Source: Tubiluchus corallicola
Lineage: Eukaryota > Animalia > Priapulida
Assembly (NCBI GenBank): GCA_030141605.1
Contig: JAQGDQ010000003.1
Coordinates: 62,001-126,000 of the forward strand
Length of the DNA stretch: 64,000 bases
Reading direction: 5' to 3'
The translations under genes were made by a program, and so were the position numbers. Position 1 is the first letter of the stretch. Each line of letters begins with the position of its first letter. Shown one piece after another: positions 59,233 through 64,000 of this stretch. A model generated the notes under the pieces. That model had not been told where the DNA came from, made no database searches, and was given only the letters and a program-made list of their open reading frames with translations.

Positions 59233-62200
59233 ATAAAAAAATTCCAGATGATGTTGTGAGAAATGTGCGGTCAGTACTACACTCAAAGGTAATTATTCAT
59301 ACATTTTCATGTGACAAGTAACTTTTGCATTTGTGTGTGCTTTCATAAGCAAATAAGTACTTCTGTCACATTAGTCCCGCCTTTTTTTAAGAAAAATTAG
59401 TCAAAGCACATTTATTCCGTAACCTCATACGTGCTAATAATAATTAGATCACAGCCTAATGTTATAGAATATATATACCAAAGTTGCTGTGCACAAATTT
59501 GACGTATTACTTTCTGTCATATAACTTAATCATGCTTACTTTTTTGGGTATACTAGCCTGATCCCTACCTGAGCACAGTTCAAAGCCTCAGGAGGAGTTT
59601 TCACAGAATGTAAAAATAAATATATAAAATCCTGGGAAATACTTTGCCAGTTTGCCTGTGTCTTAGATATAATGGAATGCCTATAAGAAAAATGCAAACT
59701 AATTTGTTAAATTGTCTGTGGCTAGCACTTCCTAACTTTTGGCTTTTACAGTGAAATTTCTGCTTCCGATGTAATATCCAGCTCTTGATGAAAGTGCCTA
59801 AGAGACTCTTCCTTTTTCAGAGGAATCCAGCTAAGTGCCTTTAGGAATTTGCTAAGCCTACAAGATTTATAGTTCTTAGGTGCCACAGGTGGTCTAGTTA
59901 AGCCATGCTGTTATACGAGTGTGTTTTGTTCAGTTATTCTGTATTCTTATATTATCAGCCCAACCTAATTTGCTGACATGAACAATCTCTTTGTCAATCC
60001 CAACAACAGCAGAGCGGACTTTGCCACTGTGTAGATTACTACACTACACTCAAATATACACATTCCTGACGAAATAAGACAATTGCAAATACTCACAGTT
60101 CTTGTTTGCTTTAAAGTTGCAGTTTTATTTATTAGTATTTTCCTTTTTACAGGTTGGAGGAATTCTGCAAAAAGATTTTTTGACTGACTATACAGTACTA
60201 TTGAACAAACCTTTGAATGTGTGCGAGTATGGATTCAATAGTTTAGAATCTTTTATGGCGGCTTTATCTGATAGTGTCTGGTAAGAGACTTATAATACCT
60301 GTTATTTTCTTATTAAAGTAAGATTTAATATGAATAATGACAAGCAACTGTTGTGAGTTACTTATGCAGAGCCATTACTTTAACAAACTTTTATACGTAT
60401 GGTCATATTGCAAATTTCAAATATCCCAGTGGACGCAATAATCAAAAGATCTGCCATGTTTGATACAGTGGGCTGTTTATGAGCATTTTACCAAATGTTG
60501 TAATAGTACACATGTTTAAAAAGTTTTTGTAATTTTAGCAGTTTTGCCTAATTTTCATATTGTTTGGTTTAATATCATTTACAGCACCCAAAAAAGAAAG
60601 GAAGATAACTTAGAACCTCGATATTTTGGAAAAAGCACTGGAATGGATTATATACCCGTGAGTGTTAGATTGGCTCAAAACACAAATTTAAGTCAAACTT
60701 CTTCTAAAGGTAACTAGTGGTATTTGCATTTAATTTGTTATATCAGACAAATGTGCAATTCATTAGCTATCATTATTCCAATTTCCTCGATAATGACAAT
60801 ATATTTGTTTAAAGATACTAGATTTGCATCTGTGCGCTCTACCTGAAAGTGAATTAGAAATGTCAGTGCTTGTAGTGTATAAATGTGTGGAATTTTAATC
60901 GTTTTTTTAATTCTCTTGCAGTTTTCTGCAACAGTTGGTATTGATTTTAGTTAGAGGTTTGCCATATGCAGTGTGCTGTAATTTATTGCTGCCAGTTTAC
61001 CTAGATAAAAACTCTGTGTTTATAGTTTACCAATTTTCTTTTTTAGGTTTGTGTAATTGAAAAATTGAAAATAATTTAGTTATGTTCATGAGAACTTTCT
61101 GTTTTTGCTAAAACTTTATTCAACTGAAATAATATTAACTTTCGTTTAAAAGAAACTTATGTTTCGTTCAAGGCCGTCTTAACAGATTTATAGGCCCCCG
61201 GGCAAAGCAGTGCATTGGGGCCCCTCCCGTATTAGTACTGCATAATAAATTTATATTCTCGAATAACTACTACATGTTTACCCTACAAGTGTTTCTAATA
61301 AAGCTAAATAAATCTCTAATTCAATCTCTAAAAACAAATGGCACATAAATGTAACAAATATCATTGCTATTAACTGTCAAGTGAGATGAGGTGACGTTAA
61401 CTTAATGCACTTTTATAGTACATAGCGTATGAGATTCGTACACATGCATGTGAGGTTACAGAGATGACTGTGGTACTAAATCAGAGGCGAATACCAATGA
61501 CCACTTGTAACACAATAACAAATATTTATAATTTAGTATAGTATAGCATGTATTTATTGACATCAAGTTACAACATACATAGATTAGCATGGGCCCTATA
61601 CTCCTACGGCCCCGAGCAACTGTCCATTGCATTAAGAAGGCCCTATAGTTTCATGTGTAACTTGCAATAAAAGTCCACTGAATTGTGTGAACGATGTGTT
61701 GGCATGTCATTACAGTAAAGATTCTGTGAAACTATATCGTTGTGTGTGGAACATTAGTGGTAACCAGTTATCTTTTGAGAAATTAAAAGCAATTTAAATG
61801 AAATCATCACTTCTAAATGTGCATGTGTAGTCTGCCTATTGATGAGAAACTTGTTTTATTTATAACTTACCACTTAAATGCTATTTACTCTGCAAGTTTT
61901 TCAGTTATTTGTTGGGTTATGATAGTCACATATTCCTTTTGTATTATTATAATGTACAACATTGTCTATGAATTATAATAAATTCGACTTTGTGGAATAT
62001 TGACTGCTAAGCACCACTTAATTAATTTTTTCATCAATGTCATAACTTTGGAAAGACTATTTAATCAGCTTAAGCTACAAATAACATTTTTGTTGACATA
62101 TTACTTATACTTTGAAGGTGCTAAACATCGAGTAGGCCATTCAGAATCATCAAGCAAAGCAGCAGAAAGGAGAAGAGGTAGTTTACTTTATTACTTATTC

Positions 62201-62470
62201 AATAAGGAATTCACTGTGTGTTGTTTTCATAAATGAGTATTTTGTAGTATTCATTTAGTCACATGTGTCACAAATGTCTAGAGTTGCTACTGGTATTTGA
62301 TTGTTTATAAAGACTTCATTCATTTGATGTGTTTGAAAAATCTAGAAGTAGAGAAGAAAGACAGCACTTCTTCACTGATGGGTGCAGACGATAACAGTTC
62401 ACCATGGCTGCCTAATTATAAGGGGTTATACACAGTGTGTTTTCGACTTTCTTGGACTTTTGACAAAGAA
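59233..62470 (+). CDS. LOTUS (OST-HTH) domain protein, partial; TDRD5/TDRD7-like N-terminus, possibly followed by an RRM
   Basis: Phase-consistent exons 59233-59288, 60153-60280, 60585-60709, 62118-62177, 62346-62470 give KKIPDDVVRNVRSVLHSKVGGILQKDFLTDYTVLLNKPLNVCEYGFNSLESFMAALSDSVCTQKRKEDNLEPRYFG... This matches the LOTUS pattern (vRslL-s-k-Gv..l..dY....pl...lGf.sle.fl..l.d.v). The start exon is unresolved and the gene probably continues past the window. Confidence 0.75.
61169..61645. mobile_element. Degenerate hAT-like MITE
   Basis: Imperfect TIRs CAAGGCCGTCTTAA ... TTAAGAAGGCCCTA with subterminal GGCCCC motifs; possible degraded TSD GTTTCGTT/GTTTCATG. Confidence 0.5.
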
Positions 62471-64000
62471 GTGAGTAATTAATGATGTGGAGCCAGTTAT
62501 AATTTGATCTGGGTATTGAGCAAAGTTAGTTTTATGCTTTTTGCCGGTAAATATATCTTTGCTCATGCAGTGGTGTTGCATCTGAAATTGCTTAGTAAGG
62601 ACTTTTAGATCTGAGTAGGGTGCCTCGATCCCCAAACTCACTTTGAAGTTGCATGCAAACTGTCTAAATTGGTCATTCTGTACAGTTTGGTAAGTATTGA
62701 TCTTAGTAATATTGCTTTTAATGTTAATCTCTTAGATCATTTGAATTTCAGACTGAACATTTCCTGAAATGTTCTCTCTTGACATTAATCCAGGTTTGAT
62801 TCCCAAACTTGTCACATGTAATGTGGTTTTCTAAGTTCGTACACAAATCTGGTTGTTAATAATTGTAATTTCGAATCGTGAAAAGGCTGTAGGCGGTCAA
62901 CATTAAAAAAGGACTAAATCACTTCACTCAATTTTTGGTCTTGGTAACATGTTTCATTTTGGTATTGTTATTGCTACATTTAAAGCTGGATTTGCCCCAA
63001 CTGATGATGTCTGAATTTACATACTCACATTAGTTGCTGAACATTTTGGCCTGTGATTTGCAAGTTTTCTGGCTAGTCTAATTCAATGAAACATTTCTGA
63101 TGACATGTTGGGATTGTTTCTGATAAGTTGCATTTTAGGTGGTCTCTGCATGCAAATTTTGTTTAAAGTGACTTGGGGGGGGGGGGCATCAGAGTGCCTC
63201 CAGGTATGAACACGCTTGGTAACTTCAGCTGCAACATTTATGCTTGAGCATGGGTGGGTCAAGCTAACTTTGTTAAAAAAATTCTAGGATTTAAATCCGA
63301 TCTAGCTCCTTGTCCATATGCTACTGATTCTAGACTCCAAAATTTAAGCAAATTTGGTTAACACATTAGTCAGGTGCTTAACTTTGCAGGCTTTCCAGTA
63401 TCCATTATCAGGTTTGTAATTTCTAGTTGTGTTAACCTACTAGTCCTACAGAATTATCAAGTGTTGTAATCTCTTACTGTTTGTTGTGTTTGCAAATTTT
63501 AGATAATGTTGTTAAGAATCAATTAATTATTTATGTTTTTAGTTAAAGCAGTTTTTGTTTGACCAGTTTTTGTTTGACCACCTCATTAATGTACAATGTG
63601 AGATTTTAGTATGTAGCCGTTCCTTCTAATCCAAAATCAACTATATTTTTTGTACTGTGTTGAAGCAGGATTGTAAAACAGCTTTGCCAGTTTGTCAAGT
63701 TGCTGTGGACACAGATATTAGCATTGTTTTAGTGCACCACTAGATGACTCACACTTCATAGTCATGCTTTGCAATTGCTATTCATATAACTTTGCTAAGT
63801 TGTTTCATTTGTCTTAATTAGTCTTTTCAATTATTACTTAAATTGCAACATTCCATCTGTAAAATATTGGTCCGGGCAAGCATTGTGTGATTTTATTGGA
63901 TATTCTGGAAAGCTAATGTCTGAGTATTCAGAATCAGAGATAGACTTCTGATAAGCAAATAGATGTAGATACACCTCCTGCGGCCCTTGTTCATTTCTGT

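Overview
AT-rich, intron-containing eukaryotic DNA, most likely from an invertebrate metazoan; there is no prokaryotic operon or CRISPR structure. Splicing GT-AG exons by hand gives six genes. (1, 2) Two head-to-head paralogous single-pass receptors with the layout signal peptide-LRRNT-LRRs-LRRCT-FN3-TM-short tail: A on the minus strand (827-10888, 10 exons) and B on the plus strand (14380-20622, 3 exons). (3) A divergent but complete WAVE/SCAR (WASF) gene (27057-34785). (4) An 18-exon STRA6/RBPR2-like membrane protein with a long repetitive C-terminal extension (39021-51631). (5) A 2-exon orphan class A GPCR with DQY in place of DRY (minus, 52562-55048). (6) The 5' part of a LOTUS/OST-HTH-domain gene, possibly followed by an RRM (59233 to beyond 62470), which the ORF track barely shows. 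Introns and spacers hold LINE remnants, MITEs, an LTR-like element, a Helentron/HINE-like element, a 4x176-bp tandem repeat and many microsatellites. The most notable observations are: receptor A lacks about 7 LRRs exactly at an intron containing a LINE; receptor A has a 16-nt microexon preceded by a possible mutated or non-canonical donor; both receptors share a YDNxMS tail motif; the STRA6 tail is repetitive; and the LOTUS gene. All gene models were derived by eye with no database search.
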